Assembly (NCBI GenBank): GCA_963750165.1
Contig: CAVVPN010000003.1
Span: 512,001 to 576,000, forward strand
Source of the DNA: an uncultured Gemmataceae bacterium
GTDB taxonomy: Bacteria > Planctomycetota > Planctomycetia > Gemmatales > Gemmataceae
Length of the DNA stretch: 64,000 bases
Direction of reading: 5' to 3'
Position 1 is the first letter of the stretch. The number at the start of each line of letters is the position of its first letter. The notes under the pieces were generated by a model. That model worked only from the letters and a program-made list of their open reading frames with translations. It made no database searches and was not told the origin of the DNA. Below are positions 1 through 10,222 of this stretch, one piece after another. The translations under genes and the position numbers were made by a program.

Positions 1-59
1 CCCGTATGCACGAGGGGTTGAAACGCCTGCGCCTGCTCCTGGGAGCCGACCATGCCTGA
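1..59 (+). CDS. 3' end of a probable ECF RNA polymerase sigma factor (partial)
   Basis: Frame from 3 reads RMHEGLKRLRLLLGADHA*, resembling a sigma region-4 C-terminus; it overlaps the start of an anti-sigma-like gene. Confidence 0.5.
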   Translation, partial: RMHEGLKRLRLLLGADHA

Positions 60-664
60 CCGCCACAGCGCCCGGGACGCCGACGACCTGCTGGCCCTCC
101 AGGCGTTGCTGTACGCCGGTGGCGCTCTGTCGGCAGGCGAGGCGCACGCCTTCGAGCAATTGCTGAGCCAGGACCAGCGCGCCGCGAAGCGCTCGGACTC
201 GCTGCCCGTGCGGTCCACACCGCCGACCCTGACACCGACCCGGTTCCCGACCCCGCCTACCGCGGGCGGCTGCGGGCGCGCTTCGCGCCGCGGCCGCCTT
301 TGTGGGCGTGGCTGTGCCGGCGGCGCAGTTACCCTGGTCATCCGGCGTTCTGGGGTAGCGCCGGTGCCGCCGCCGCCGCGGTGCTCGTGCTGGTCCTGCT
401 CCGCGCCTTCTGGGCCGAGCCCAGTCCCTCGCCGTGTGCCGCCCCCGCAGCCGTACCGGTTCGGGAGGCCCAGGCGCCCCACGGCACCGAGCTGATCGAG
501 CCGGCCGACGAGCGCGAAGAGGCCCACATCTGGGCCGAGCTACCGCACGGCGATCACCTGCTGAAAGCTCACCACGAGGAGGCGCAACGCCGCGCCCGTT
601 CCGAACGGCTGTCGCGCCTGGAAGAGAGCCGGTTGCGGCGCAAACCCCAGCGTACCACCATTAA
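52..664 (+). CDS. Putative anti-sigma factor, single TM (apparent frameshifts)
   Basis: N-terminus LYAGGALSAGEAHAFEQLL (ORF 52) resembles an anti-sigma domain; it continues in the ORF-300 frame through the TM segment AAAAAVLVLVLL. The end is uncertain. Confidence 0.5.
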
Positions 665-679
665 GCGAGGAACCCCCGG

Positions 680-1267
680 ATGCGGACCCTTCGTAGCGGA
701 CATCTGCTGTGCTGGGCGCTGTCGGTCGTCGCGGCGGCGCTGTGCGCCTGGCTGCTGTCCCGGCCGGTCCAGGCGCAACCGGCCGCCGACAACCTGCCGC
801 GCTTCACCGAGGAGCGCGAGGCCGCGGCCCGGTTCTTCGTCAAGAAACACCTGCCCGAACTGCTGCCGGTGCTCGACACCCTCAAAAAGTCCAGCGTCGA
901 GGACTACCAGCGCGAGATTCGTGAAATCTTCCAGGTGACCGAACTGCTCGCCGACCTGCGCGACGACAGGCAGCGCCACGAACTGGAAGTAAAAATCTGG
1001 GTCGCGGAGAACCGCGCGCACCTGCTCATCGCCCGGCTGTCCACGCCCAACGCGGAGGAGCGCAAGAAAATCCTGGGCCAGTTGCAGGACATCTCCCGAC
1101 AGCTGGTGGGCCTGGACCTGGAAGTGCTGGAGCACAAGGCGGAGCAACTCGACCGCGAACTGGGCGAGATCAAGGACGAGGTCGTCCGCATCCGCGACAA
1201 CCGCGACAAGCAGGCCAGGGAACGCTACGAGGCGCTGCTGCAAAAGGTCAAGAAACGGAAGATGTAA
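680..1267 (+). CDS. Secreted alpha-helical/coiled-coil hypothetical protein
   Basis: Signal-peptide-like N-terminus and charged helical body; third gene of the ECF/anti-sigma cluster. Confidence 0.7.
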   Translation: MRTLRSGHLLCWALSVVAAALCAWLLSRPVQAQPAADNLPRFTEEREAAARFFVKKHLPELLPVLDTLKKSSVEDYQREIREIFQVTELLADLRDDRQRHELEVKIWVAENRAHLLIARLSTPNAEERKKILGQLQDISRQLVGLDLEVLEHKAEQLDRELGEIKDEVVRIRDNRDKQARERYEALLQKVKKRKM

Positions 1268-1275
1268 AGCAGCGG

Positions 1276-1337
1276 GATCCACAGATAACACAGCTAAAGA
1301 CAAATTAAGAGGTCTTTAGCTGTGTTATCTGTGGATC
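1276..1337. repeat. Perfect 26-bp inverted repeat between convergent genes (bidirectional terminator / REP-like)
   Basis: GATCCACAGATAACACAGCTAAAGAC (1276-1301) and its reverse complement (1312-1337). Confidence 0.85.
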
Positions 1338-1345
1338 AATCTTCC

Positions 1346-2002
1346 TCACCGAGCCGCGAAATCCACGATCACGTGCTGCCCCGCCCGCACGCGCACCGTG
1401 CGGGTCTGATCGACGGTCCCATTCGGGCTCTGCCAGCGCGCCCGAATTTCATAGCCGTAGCCGTCGCCTGGCGGTACTGGCGGCGACCGGAACTCACGCC
1501 GGGCTCCCGTCTGAGTGGTCTTGCTGCCGTTGAACCAGACTTCCGCGTTGGCCGGCACCCGCACCGACACCGACACCGGCGCCGCAACGCCCGTCCCCGC
1601 GTCGGCCATTGGCGGGACGTTCGACTGCGCATTGCTGGGCGAATCGGTATTGTTCTGGTCCGAACTGATAGTGCTCTTGTAGGTGCTCGGCACGTACGAA
1701 TAGGGCGAGCTGAGGCTCAGGCCGTTGTAGTAGGCGAAGCCGTACGGGCTGTAGGAACTGCCCGGTCGCGCCAGGTAGGGGCCGCTGCCGTAGGTGTACG
1801 GGCCGTAGCCGTAGGTGGCGTAAGGGCCGTAGCCGCTGTAGGCGTAGGCTCCGGTGAGGCCGCCCAGGGGGCGACTGGTGTATGGGTAGAGCCCGCCGCC
1901 AGAGCCGCCGAACCGCTGGGCCTGGGCCGCCGCCGGCACACCCAGCACACCCATGCTCACCAAGACCGCCGTCAACCCGGGCCCGAGCACGCGCGTCCAC
2001 AT
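1346..2002 (-). CDS. TIGR03000 planctomycete domain protein
   Basis: Signal peptide, Tyr/Gly-rich linker, then VRVPANAEVWFNG..TTQTGARREFRSPP...YEIRARW...TRTVRVRAGQHVIVDF. Confidence 0.85.
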   Translation of the reverse strand: MWTRVLGPGLTAVLVSMGVLGVPAAAQAQRFGGSGGGLYPYTSRPLGGLTGAYAYSGYGPYATYGYGPYTYGSGPYLARPGSSYSPYGFAYYNGLSLSSPYSYVPSTYKSTISSDQNNTDSPSNAQSNVPPMADAGTGVAAPVSVSVRVPANAEVWFNGSKTTQTGARREFRSPPVPPGDGYGYEIRARWQSPNGTVDQTRTVRVRAGQHVIVDFAAR

Positions 2003-2183
2003 GATGGCACCCTCTGGGCGAAACGAAGAAACGCAACGCTCCCCTTCAACAGGCTATTGTCGGACCTGGCGTCTGCTCCTGCAAGGGCACCCGTGTATTC
2101 CGGGCGTCAGGCGCCTCGACCCGATCAACGCACTTTGCTATGAATGACCGTGGGAAGGCTTACCGCCATTCCGCGAAAGGAGA

Positions 2184-2726
2184 GTGCCCGTGATGCGCAA
2201 CCTGATCCTGACGTGTGCCGCACTGCTGGGAACCGCGGCGCTGTTGACCGCCGAGGAGAACGCCGCCGAGCACGCCCGGGCCAACGCGTTCGCCGCCAAA
2301 CTCAAGGCCAAGGTCGAAACCGTCAACACCGACAACGGCCCCGCCATCGTCTCGCTGGACTTCGGCAGCATGCCCGTGCAGGACCGGGACCTGTACATCG
2401 TGGCTGGCCTGCGGTCGATGCGCGACCTGTATCTGGACGGCACCAAGATCACCAACGCGGGCCTGGCCCAGCTGGCCAACCTGAAGAAACTGCACATGCT
2501 CGACCTGGCCAACACGCAGATCGGCGATGCCGGCCTGGTGCATCTCAAAAGCCTGGCCAGCCTGGACTCGCTCTTCCTGGACCGCACACAGGTCAGCGAC
2601 GCCGGGCTGGTCCACCTGAAAGGACTGAAGAACCTCAAAATGCTCGACCTGACCGGCACCAAATGCACCAGGGAGGGCGCCAAACAACTGCGCCAGGCGC
2701 TGCCGAATTTGCAGATCAGCCAGTGA
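2184..2726 (+). CDS. Secreted leucine-rich repeat protein
   Basis: 24-aa repeats such as LYLDGTKITNAGLAQL, LDLANTQIGDAGLVHL and LFLDRTQVSDAGLVHL. Confidence 0.9.
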   Translation: MPVMRNLILTCAALLGTAALLTAEENAAEHARANAFAAKLKAKVETVNTDNGPAIVSLDFGSMPVQDRDLYIVAGLRSMRDLYLDGTKITNAGLAQLANLKKLHMLDLANTQIGDAGLVHLKSLASLDSLFLDRTQVSDAGLVHLKGLKNLKMLDLTGTKCTREGAKQLRQALPNLQISQ

Positions 2727-2740
2727 GCGGTCGCGGACTC

Positions 2741-4803
2741 TTATGGTGCGGGATTGGTAAACAGCGGCCGCAGTTTGGCACGGTTGGCCGTCAAGCGCTG
2801 CTCATCCTCCGGCAGCAGGTAACGTCCCCGCACCAGGTCGGCGCAGGCGGCGGCAAAGCGCTTCTGATACATCGCGAAGTCGCTGTAGCGCTCCTCCAGC
2901 GATTGCCGTGGATCACCCGTTTTCTGCCGCTCCACCCTGGTGCGCGGAAACGGCAGGTACGAACCCGTCAGGCTCACCAGTGCCCCGGCCGCCCCGAAGT
3001 CCGGCCGGCGCACATTCCAGCCGGTGTAGGTCGCCAGCGGCACCATCACCTCCGGCGGCAGCAGCGTGCCCAGGTCGTTGCCGTCCACGTCGCACTTCGG
3101 CACGCGCACGACGTAGTGGCCGAGGATCTTCGGCGGCACCTCCGTCAGCAGGCCATGCGTGTAGAACTGCGGCCCGTTGTCCTGCGCCGCGGGCTGGTGA
3201 ATCCGTTGCGGATACTTCACGCCCGGAATGTTCGGAAAGCCCGTCGCCTGCTGGTGCCAATCGACCAGCGTCTTGTTTTGGATGTGCGGGTAGACGCTCG
3301 GCGGCGGTGCCTTGCCATCGACCACCCAGGCGTCGAGGGCGTCGAGCAGCGCCCGCAGCAGCGGCCGGTAGTCGCCGGGGTTGGCCAGGTGCTCGCCGAT
3401 GCCGCGCGCAGGCGGGTCCGCGGCCGGGCCGTGCTGCGTGCCGCCGAAAGCGTAGACGCGCACGTTCTCGGGGATCACCACATCCTTGATGCCGAGCGGA
3501 TCGGTATGGACCAGCGAGCCGGCGCGGTGCCAGTACTCCGCGGCGCTCTGTGTGTGCATGACGCGCGGCATGGCCTTCGGCGACTCCGCTCGCAGCCGCT
3601 TCAGGATGCCGTCCGTGCGCTTCGTGAGCGGGTCGGTCAGCTCGCCGTAGGTGAACGGGAAGCGGTCGGTGGGGTAGAGGTGTTCCTCGTGCTGGGCGTT
3701 GTGCCGCGTCGGCTGGGCGAAGCGGTGGTTGAAGTGGCCGAGGCCGCCGCCGGCGACATGCGGCATCACGCCATCGAAGACCATGCGGTCCTGCTCGTCG
3801 GCGTTGAAGCCCCAGTACAGGAACTCCCGCAGAAACCGGCCGCTCTGCGATACGCCGAAGCCGTGCGCACGGTTGAACGCCGCCTTGCCCGTCTTGCCGG
3901 TGAGCGGGTTGCGTTTCGAGGTGTCGTGGCGTAGAAACGAGATCAGGTCGCGCGTCGCCGCGAAGCCAACGCCCTGCATGATCGGTCCCTGCACTTCACA
4001 GATCAGTTCATAGATGTACCCCGGCTCGAAGCCGTCTTTCAGGTGCAACCGCACCTGGGGCAGTGTGCCGGGTACGCCCTGCTTGACCGTCGGCACCGCC
4101 AATCGCTCCAACTTCCACTGGTCGCGCGGCACCACCACGCGCTTGTCCGTCTCGTGCTGCCGTTTCGTCAGTACGCCCTCGGACTCGCCCTGGGCGGTCG
4201 GTGGGTAGCTGCCGTGGTTGTCGCGCCGCGCCAGCGGCAAGCTCTTCACTCGCTTGTCGGCAACCATCTCGTAGCGCACCAGGCCGCGGATGGGCTTGCC
4301 GTCGTCGGTGGCGATGGGGGCGCGGAGCAGCAACCGGTCGCCGCCGGGCAGCAGTTCGCCGATCCAACCGCACCAGACCACTGTGTAGCCGCGGCGCATC
4401 AGGAAACCGTTGCCCGGCTCGGCGGCGCCGGCTGCCGTGTTGAACATGCGCAGCGCCAGCTTGTTGCCGCGGTTGTTCACGTCGTAGAACAGTGCCCCGT
4501 TGCCTTTGCTCAGATCCTTCGGGGCCAGGATGTACACGTCCGCCTCGAACTCAACCTTGCCCTGGGCGTTCCGGGCGCGCGGTCCAGATCGACAATCACG
4601 CGGTTGTGCTTATCCTTGGGGTCGATGGCGAAGTAGGCGACGCCAGCGATGATCTCATAGGGGCCGGTGTCGCCGAAGCTGACGCCGCCGGCGTAGGGCT
4701 GGCGCGTGTGTACGACCAGTTTCACCAGCTCGGCGTGGGCGGCCGACGCCGGCAGGAGCAGCGCGAGGAGCGCGAACAGGAGAGCGCGGCGGTGGGTGGA
4801 CAT
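2741..4803 (-). CDS. Secreted alpha/beta-hydrolase-domain protein (apparent frameshift ~4560-4590)
   Basis: Signal peptide in ORF 4510-4803 joins ORF 2741-4537; motifs YDVNNRGNK, GVSQSGRFLR (GxSxxG nucleophile elbow) and DVDGND. Confidence 0.75.
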
Positions 4804-4904
4804 GATGAACCTTTCTTGAACGCCGGGACCAGGGGTTTCGGGGCCGAGCCCGAGCGCCAGCGCGGGGCCAGCGCTGCCCCGCGCTGGCGCTCGAACTCGG
4901 ATTC

Positions 4905-5360
4905 CTACTGCTGCCGGGCATGCACGTCATTGATGAAGGTGCGTAACACCTGGGCTTCCGGCGCCTTCCACGCCGATCCGTTTTTGGGCGGCGGCATGCG
5001 CCGCTTGGGGCTTGGGTCGGCGACGCGCTCCACGAGGTTGCCGGGGTCGTCCTTCAGCAAGAAGCCGTCGCGCAGCAGCATGGTGAAGTCCTTGTCAGCG
5101 TTGCCGCTGAAACGCAGCGTTCCACCACCCTTGGCGTGGCAGCCGACACACCCGTCCTTGCCATTGCGCTGCAGCAGCGGCCAGATTTCCTTCTTGAAGC
5201 GCACCGCGAAGGCGGCGCGGTCCTCGTCCGAGAGCCGGTCGAAGGACTTCTTCTGACCGGCCCCGAGTCCCGGCAACCCGGACCAGGCGGTCGCCAACCC
5301 CAGCAGCCCCAGCAGCAGCACACAGCGTCGCGCTCGCATGAGATCGTCTCGCTTTTCCAA
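4905..5360 (-). CDS. Secreted c-type cytochrome-domain protein
   Basis: Signal peptide, CVGCH haem motif and a downstream RMPP (possible Met axial ligand). Confidence 0.6.
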   Translation of the reverse strand: MEKRDDLMRARRCVLLLGLLGLATAWSGLPGLGAGQKKSFDRLSDEDRAAFAVRFKKEIWPLLQRNGKDGCVGCHAKGGGTLRFSGNADKDFTMLLRDGFLLKDDPGNLVERVADPSPKRRMPPPKNGSAWKAPEAQVLRTFINDVHARQQ

Positions 5361-5556
5361 ACGGGATTAATTACACTACCTTGGCAAGAGCGTACCAGCG
5401 CCGGCGGCCCCGGCCAAGGGGCGAAATTACGAAACTTCGGCCACCGCCAGGCGGTAGTTATAACACGACCTTGCGCTGCCCGGCCGTGCCGTGTGCCGCA
5501 AGGTTCCCGACTCGCGCTGATCGTTTCTTAACCGACTCAAACAGGGGGAGAGAATC

Positions 5557-6450
5557 ATGCGGACGCATGTGTGGACGCTGACGCTGCTGATGCTGGCGGG
5601 GCTCGGCCTGCCGGCCCAGGCGCAGACCAAGATGGAGTGGAAGTTCACCGAGGGCGAGAAGTTTTACATCGAAGAGGTCAGCGACCAGAAGCAGCAGATC
5701 ACCGTGATGGGCCAGGACATCAAGATGGCCAGCAAGACGACCAACATCTCCAGCTACACCGTCAAGCGCGTCGCCGGCAACGCGGTGACGATGGAGATGA
5801 AGGTCGAGTTCATGGAGGTCAAGTCGGACGGCAACCAGTTCGGCGGCGGCATGGAAAAGATGCAGGAGAAGATGCAGGGCGCCACCTTCACCTTCACTCT
5901 GGAAGGCGGCAAGATCACCAAGTTCCAGGGTCACGCGGAGTTCCTGAAGAAGCTGGCCGACGGCGACGAGAACATGGCCAAGTTCGGCAAACTGATCTTC
6001 ACCGAGGATCTGCTCAAGAAGGGCATTGAGGAAGCGTTCACCAACCTGCCGACCCGGGCGGTTAACCGCGGCGACAAGTGGACCAAGGACCGCACCCTGC
6101 CGCTGGGGCCGCTCGGCAAACTCAAGTTGGTCAACCAGTACACGTTCAAGGGCTCCGAGAAGGACGGCGATCTGATCACCTACACGGGCTCGCTTAGCTG
6201 GGTGGCGCCCAAGGACGGCGCAGGCTTCGGCGACATGTTCAAGATCAGCAAGGCCAACTTCAAGTCCGACAATGTCCGCGGCAGCCTGCTGTTCGACGCC
6301 AAGGCTGGCCGCCTGGTGCGCACCACCAGCTCCATGACCATGACCGGCTCGATGACCATCGACGTGATGGGCAACGAGCTGGAGATGCAGATGACCCAGG
6401 ACTCTGCCAGCACCACGCGCGTCCTGCGCAAGAACCCGCGGGCGAACTGA
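5557..6450 (+). CDS. Secreted beta-rich protein, DUF6263-like (paralogue 1)
   Basis: Signal peptide; WKFTEGEKFY, LPTRAVNRGDKW and FDAKAGRLVR are shared with the two downstream paralogues. Confidence 0.7.
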   Translation: MRTHVWTLTLLMLAGLGLPAQAQTKMEWKFTEGEKFYIEEVSDQKQQITVMGQDIKMASKTTNISSYTVKRVAGNAVTMEMKVEFMEVKSDGNQFGGGMEKMQEKMQGATFTFTLEGGKITKFQGHAEFLKKLADGDENMAKFGKLIFTEDLLKKGIEEAFTNLPTRAVNRGDKWTKDRTLPLGPLGKLKLVNQYTFKGSEKDGDLITYTGSLSWVAPKDGAGFGDMFKISKANFKSDNVRGSLLFDAKAGRLVRTTSSMTMTGSMTIDVMGNELEMQMTQDSASTTRVLRKNPRAN

Positions 6451-6453
6451 TTG

Positions 6454-6520
6454 GTCAGTGGTCCGTGGTCCGTTGCAACGGACCACGGACCACTGACAAC
6501 TGACAACTGACGACCGACAA
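6454..6520. repeat. 44-bp perfect palindrome plus heptamer (AACTGAC) repeats
   Basis: GTCAGTGGTCCGTGGTCCGTTG|CAACGGACCACGGACCACTGAC at 6454-6497. Confidence 0.85.
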
Positions 6521-6548
6521 CAGACATCTCTTAGCGGAGGAAAGTACG

Positions 6549-7438
6549 ATGCTGCGACGTGCCTGCGGGCTGGCACTGCTGGTGCTGGCGGGGCTGGGGC
6601 TGCCGGCCCGCGCCAGACCACCCTGGAATGGAAGTTCAAGGAGGGCGACAAGTTTTATGTGCAGGACGTCAGCGACATGCGATTGTCCCTGTCCGTGGCC
6701 GGCAAGGATTTCAACCAGAAAGTCAAGACCACCATCGTCGAAAGCTACACCGTCAAGTCGGTGACCGGCAAGACCGTGCGGATGGAGAAGAAGACCGAGT
6801 CCGTGGAGGTGCTTTCCAGCGGCGACAGCATGGGCGGCCAGCTCGAGAAGATCATGGAAAAACTCAAGGGAGCCAGCTTCATCTTCACGCTCACCGACGG
6901 CAAGGTGACCAAGTTCGAGGGCTACAACGAGTTCCTCAAGAAGGTGTCCGGCGACGACGAATACGCGACCAAGTTCGCCAAGGAGATGCTCAGCGAACGC
7001 CTGCTCAAGAAGTCCCTGGAAATGACTTTCGGGGAACTGCCCAGCAAGGCCGTCAAGGTCGGCGACACCTGGTCGCAGAACAACACCATTCCGTTCGAGC
7101 TGGGCGACTTCAAGGCCGCACAGGACTTCACCTTCAAGAAGCGCGACAAGGAAGGCGCCGAGTTGACCTTCAAGGGCAACATCACCTTCGCGCCACCCAA
7201 GGGCGCCGGCCTCCTCGGGGGCATGCTCAAGATCGTCAAGGGCAAGGCGAAGTCCGACAACTTCAAGGGCACCCGCGTTTTCGACATCGAGAAGGGCCGC
7301 CTCGTCCGGGCCACCAGCGCGATGCAGGTGCGCGGCGCGCTGACTGTCGAGATCATGGGCAACCAGCTCGACCTGGACTTCCGCATTGATCAAACCACCA
7401 CGACGCGCATGCTGGCCAAGAACCCCAAGTCCGACTGA
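6549..7438 (+). CDS. DUF6263-like secreted protein (paralogue 2; apparent frameshift ~6610-6625)
   Basis: GGAGG RBS; signal peptide in ORF 6549 and body in ORF 6659-7438, homologous to its neighbours. Confidence 0.7.
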
Positions 7439-7443
7439 AGCAA

Positions 7444-7502
7444 GGGATGAGGGATGAGGGATGAAGGATGAACAGCTAGATTCATCCCTCATCCCTCATC
7501 CT
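7444..7502. repeat. Inverted heptamer arrays (GGGATGA)n ... (TCATCCC)n
   Basis: Read directly from the sequence; intergenic. Confidence 0.8.
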
Positions 7503-7519
7503 TTTTGGGAGAGTGATTC

Positions 7520-8419
7520 ATGGTCCGACAATTGTTGCCGGCGGCGGTCCTGCTCGGCGTGGTCCTGGCGGTGCCGGCCGTGGCCCGGGCGCAGACCTCC
7601 CTTCGCTGGCAGCTCAAGGCCGGTGAAAAATTCTACGTCGAGGAGGCCATCAAGGCCGACCAGAACGTCACTGTCATGGGCATGAATCTCAAGCAGACGA
7701 CGACCACCCGGCGGGTGTCGCAGTTCACTGTGAAGGCCGCCGACGCTGGCGGCTACCAGCTGGAGCAGAAGATCCTGACCTGGACTGCCAAGCAGGAAGG
7801 CGGCGCTGCCCCCGACGACGGCAAACTGGACAAGGTGGCGCGCGGAGCCACCTTCCGAATCCACCTGGCCCCGAACGGCACCCTGTCGCGCTTCCAGGGC
7901 TACGAGGACTTCCTGAAGAAGATCGGCGATCAGGACGCGAACGAGGCCAAGGTGTTCCGCATGATCCTGACGGAGGATGCCATCAAGTCGCCGCTGGAGA
8001 TGATCTTCAGCGTCCTGCCGGCCAAGGCGGTCAAGCAGGGCGATCAGTGGCAGCAGAAGTTGAAGGTGCCGACCGGCCCGATGGGCACGTTCCTGTTTGA
8101 CGTGGACTACAAATACCGCGGGGCGATCAGTGGCGACCTGGTGGAGTTCGCGATGCGGGGCAAGTTCGAATACAAGCCACCGACCAAGGAGGTGGAAGGG
8201 GCGCCTTTCACGATCAAGAAAGCAGACCTGAAATCGACCGGCTCGACCGGGACCGTCACCTTCGACGCCCGGGCGGGCCGCCTGGTGCGGTACACCTTGA
8301 CCATGCCGGTCAGCGGGTCACTGACGCTGGAGGTCATGATGAACCAGCTGGAGATGAGCCTGGACGGCACCGAGACGCGGACGATCCGCCTGCTGACGAA
8401 GAACCCCGTGACGGATTAA
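7520..8419 (+). CDS. DUF6263-like secreted protein (paralogue 3)
   Basis: Signal peptide; WQLKAGEKFY, LPAKAVKQGDQW, FDARAGRLVR. Confidence 0.7.
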   Translation: MVRQLLPAAVLLGVVLAVPAVARAQTSLRWQLKAGEKFYVEEAIKADQNVTVMGMNLKQTTTTRRVSQFTVKAADAGGYQLEQKILTWTAKQEGGAAPDDGKLDKVARGATFRIHLAPNGTLSRFQGYEDFLKKIGDQDANEAKVFRMILTEDAIKSPLEMIFSVLPAKAVKQGDQWQQKLKVPTGPMGTFLFDVDYKYRGAISGDLVEFAMRGKFEYKPPTKEVEGAPFTIKKADLKSTGSTGTVTFDARAGRLVRYTLTMPVSGSLTLEVMMNQLEMSLDGTETRTIRLLTKNPVTD

Positions 8420-8431
8420 GGCAGTTTGATC

Positions 8432-8607
8432 ATTCACCACAGAGAACGCGGAGAGCGCAGAGCAAAGACAAAAGAGGAACCACAGATAGCACAGATGGAA
8501 CACAGATAAAGTCCTTTTCATTTGGTCTTTATCGGAGTTCATCTGTGTCATCTGTGGATCGATTCCTCGGTCTTCTCTCTGCGCGCTCCGCGTTCTCTGT
8601 GGTGAAT
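8432..8607. repeat. Nested inverted repeats of ~9-nt-period units between convergent genes
   Basis: Outer arms 8432-8462 and 8577-8607; inner CCACAGAT.. / ..ATCTGTGG arms are related to the 1276 element. Confidence 0.8.
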
Positions 8608-8615
8608 CCTCCGGG

Positions 8616-8843
8616 TTAGCTTGTTTCACCATCCGAAGCCAGCTCCCCGGCTTGAAAGCCGCAGTCGCGGTGTGAGCCATCGCAGAACGGCCGGCGCCGC
8701 GAGTGGCCGCAGCGGCACAGGGCCACGAACTCCTTGCCCTCGGGCAGCGCGAACTCGTTGCCCTGGTGATCGACAACGCGCACGGGCCCCTGAATGACCA
8801 GGGGCCCGTGTTCGCGCAAACGCACGGTGATCGGCGTGCTCAT
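8616..8843 (-). CDS. CDGSH iron-sulfur domain protein
   Basis: ALCRCGHSRRRPFCDGSH. Confidence 0.92.
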   Translation of the reverse strand: MSTPITVRLREHGPLVIQGPVRVVDHQGNEFALPEGKEFVALCRCGHSRRRPFCDGSHRDCGFQAGELASDGETS

Positions 8844-8855
8844 GACGCGGCCTCG

Positions 8856-9558
8856 TCAGTCGGAGTCGTACTTGTCGCGCGGCTCATACGGAGCGAAGTT
8901 CCGGGCCACCTCGCGGCTGATGCGGTCCAGGAACTTGGCGCGGAACTGCACCGGCCCCATGTCGCTGAGGTCAATGAACCGTTCCTTCGGGTACGTACAC
9001 TCGAATTCCTGGTCCCAGGGGACGTTTTCGCCTTCGGGCTTGTCGGTTTCGGTCACCTTGATGTAAATTTCCGCTTTGCCCTGATAGATCTGCGCCTGCC
9101 GGCCGCGGTTAAACAGGGTCATGTGGTTGATCTGCAGGGTGACCACGAAGTCGGCCCCCAGGCTCTCGCCCAGCTTGCTGGCCTTCATGGTCCGCCAGGT
9201 GGCCGCGTTCCGATTCAGGAACGATTTCACCTTGTAGTACGGCACCAGCGTCACCTTCGGGACGTTGTCCTTGAAGCGTCCCTCCAGTTCCTTGGTCAGC
9301 AGCTGGCCCAGGTTCTCGTCCATCCGCGCCAGATCGCTGCTGACCTCCAGGTTCTCGAACGTGGAAATGATGGCGATGCGCGTCTCCTTGTCCTTGCGCC
9401 AGCGAGAAAACCGGATCCTCGATCCGATCGGGCATCAGGAAGTAGGACAGGATCGTCAGCGGGCTGCAGCCGAGGACCGGCAGCGCCAGGGCCAGCAGCA
9501 GCACCGCCAACCCCCAGCGGCGCGGCAGGCGAGCGGGAACATGCGTCCGTGTCAACAT
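8856..9558 (-). CDS. Hypothetical lipoprotein (apparent frameshift ~9390-9420)
   Basis: Lipobox-like VLGC in ORF 9109-9558 and body in ORF 8856-9323. Confidence 0.6.
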
Positions 9559-9597
9559 CGGCCTCTCCTCCGTGAGGACGGGCCGCGCACGGCCTCG

Positions 9598-10113
9598 TCA
9601 GAGCAGCAGGATGACCACCACCCAGCGCAACAGCATCAGCACAAAGAACGCGACCACCAGCCGCGTCATGGTCCGCTCCACCGAGCGGACGAACAGGAAC
9701 CGTCCGGTCAGCACACAGGCAACGCTCCAGGGCAGGAACAACATGCAGAAGGCCGCCAGCAGCGCCCCGACCACATTGGCCTGCGCGGCGTTCCACACGT
9801 CGCCGCGCACCATCAGGGCGAAGCTCGTGGTCATGCCGCACGACGGGCACGGCAGTTTCGTCATCTCCTTGAAGGTACACTCCGGCAGCCCCAGCTGGCG
9901 GTGCGTCTCCATGCGCAGCGGCTGTCCGCCCCGATACGGGTCGAGGTAGACCGCCGTGGCGAAGACGGCGCTCAGCCCCAGAGCCAGCGCGACCAGCAGC
10001 AGCCGCATCCAGGGTCGCAACCGTTGCCGTGCCGGCAACGGCTCGTCCCAGGAATCTTCCGAGGAGTAAGAGGGCGGCACCATAGCGACGAGCTTTTTCG
10101 GCTGCAAGAGCAA
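9598..10113 (-). CDS. DUF2752 family membrane protein
   Basis: LPECTFKEMTKLPCPSCGMTTSF plus hydrophobic helices. Confidence 0.85.
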   Translation of the reverse strand: MLLQPKKLVAMVPPSYSSEDSWDEPLPARQRLRPWMRLLLVALALGLSAVFATAVYLDPYRGGQPLRMETHRQLGLPECTFKEMTKLPCPSCGMTTSFALMVRGDVWNAAQANVVGALLAAFCMLFLPWSVACVLTGRFLFVRSVERTMTRLVVAFFVLMLLRWVVVILLL

Positions 10114-10158
10114 ATCTCCCGGTGAGGTATCGACTGCTGGCGGGGCCGGGAAAAGGGG

Positions 10159-10214
10159 TGACCCCCGTTTACGTTTCGCGGGCTGCTACCCGCGCCAGAC
10201 GTAAACGGGGGTCA
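10159..10214. repeat. 16-bp inverted repeat hairpin (possible terminator)
   Basis: TGACCCCCGTTTACGT ... ACGTAAACGGGGGTCA, directly downstream of the 741-aa gene. Confidence 0.7.
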
Positions 10215-10222
10215 ACGAGCGG

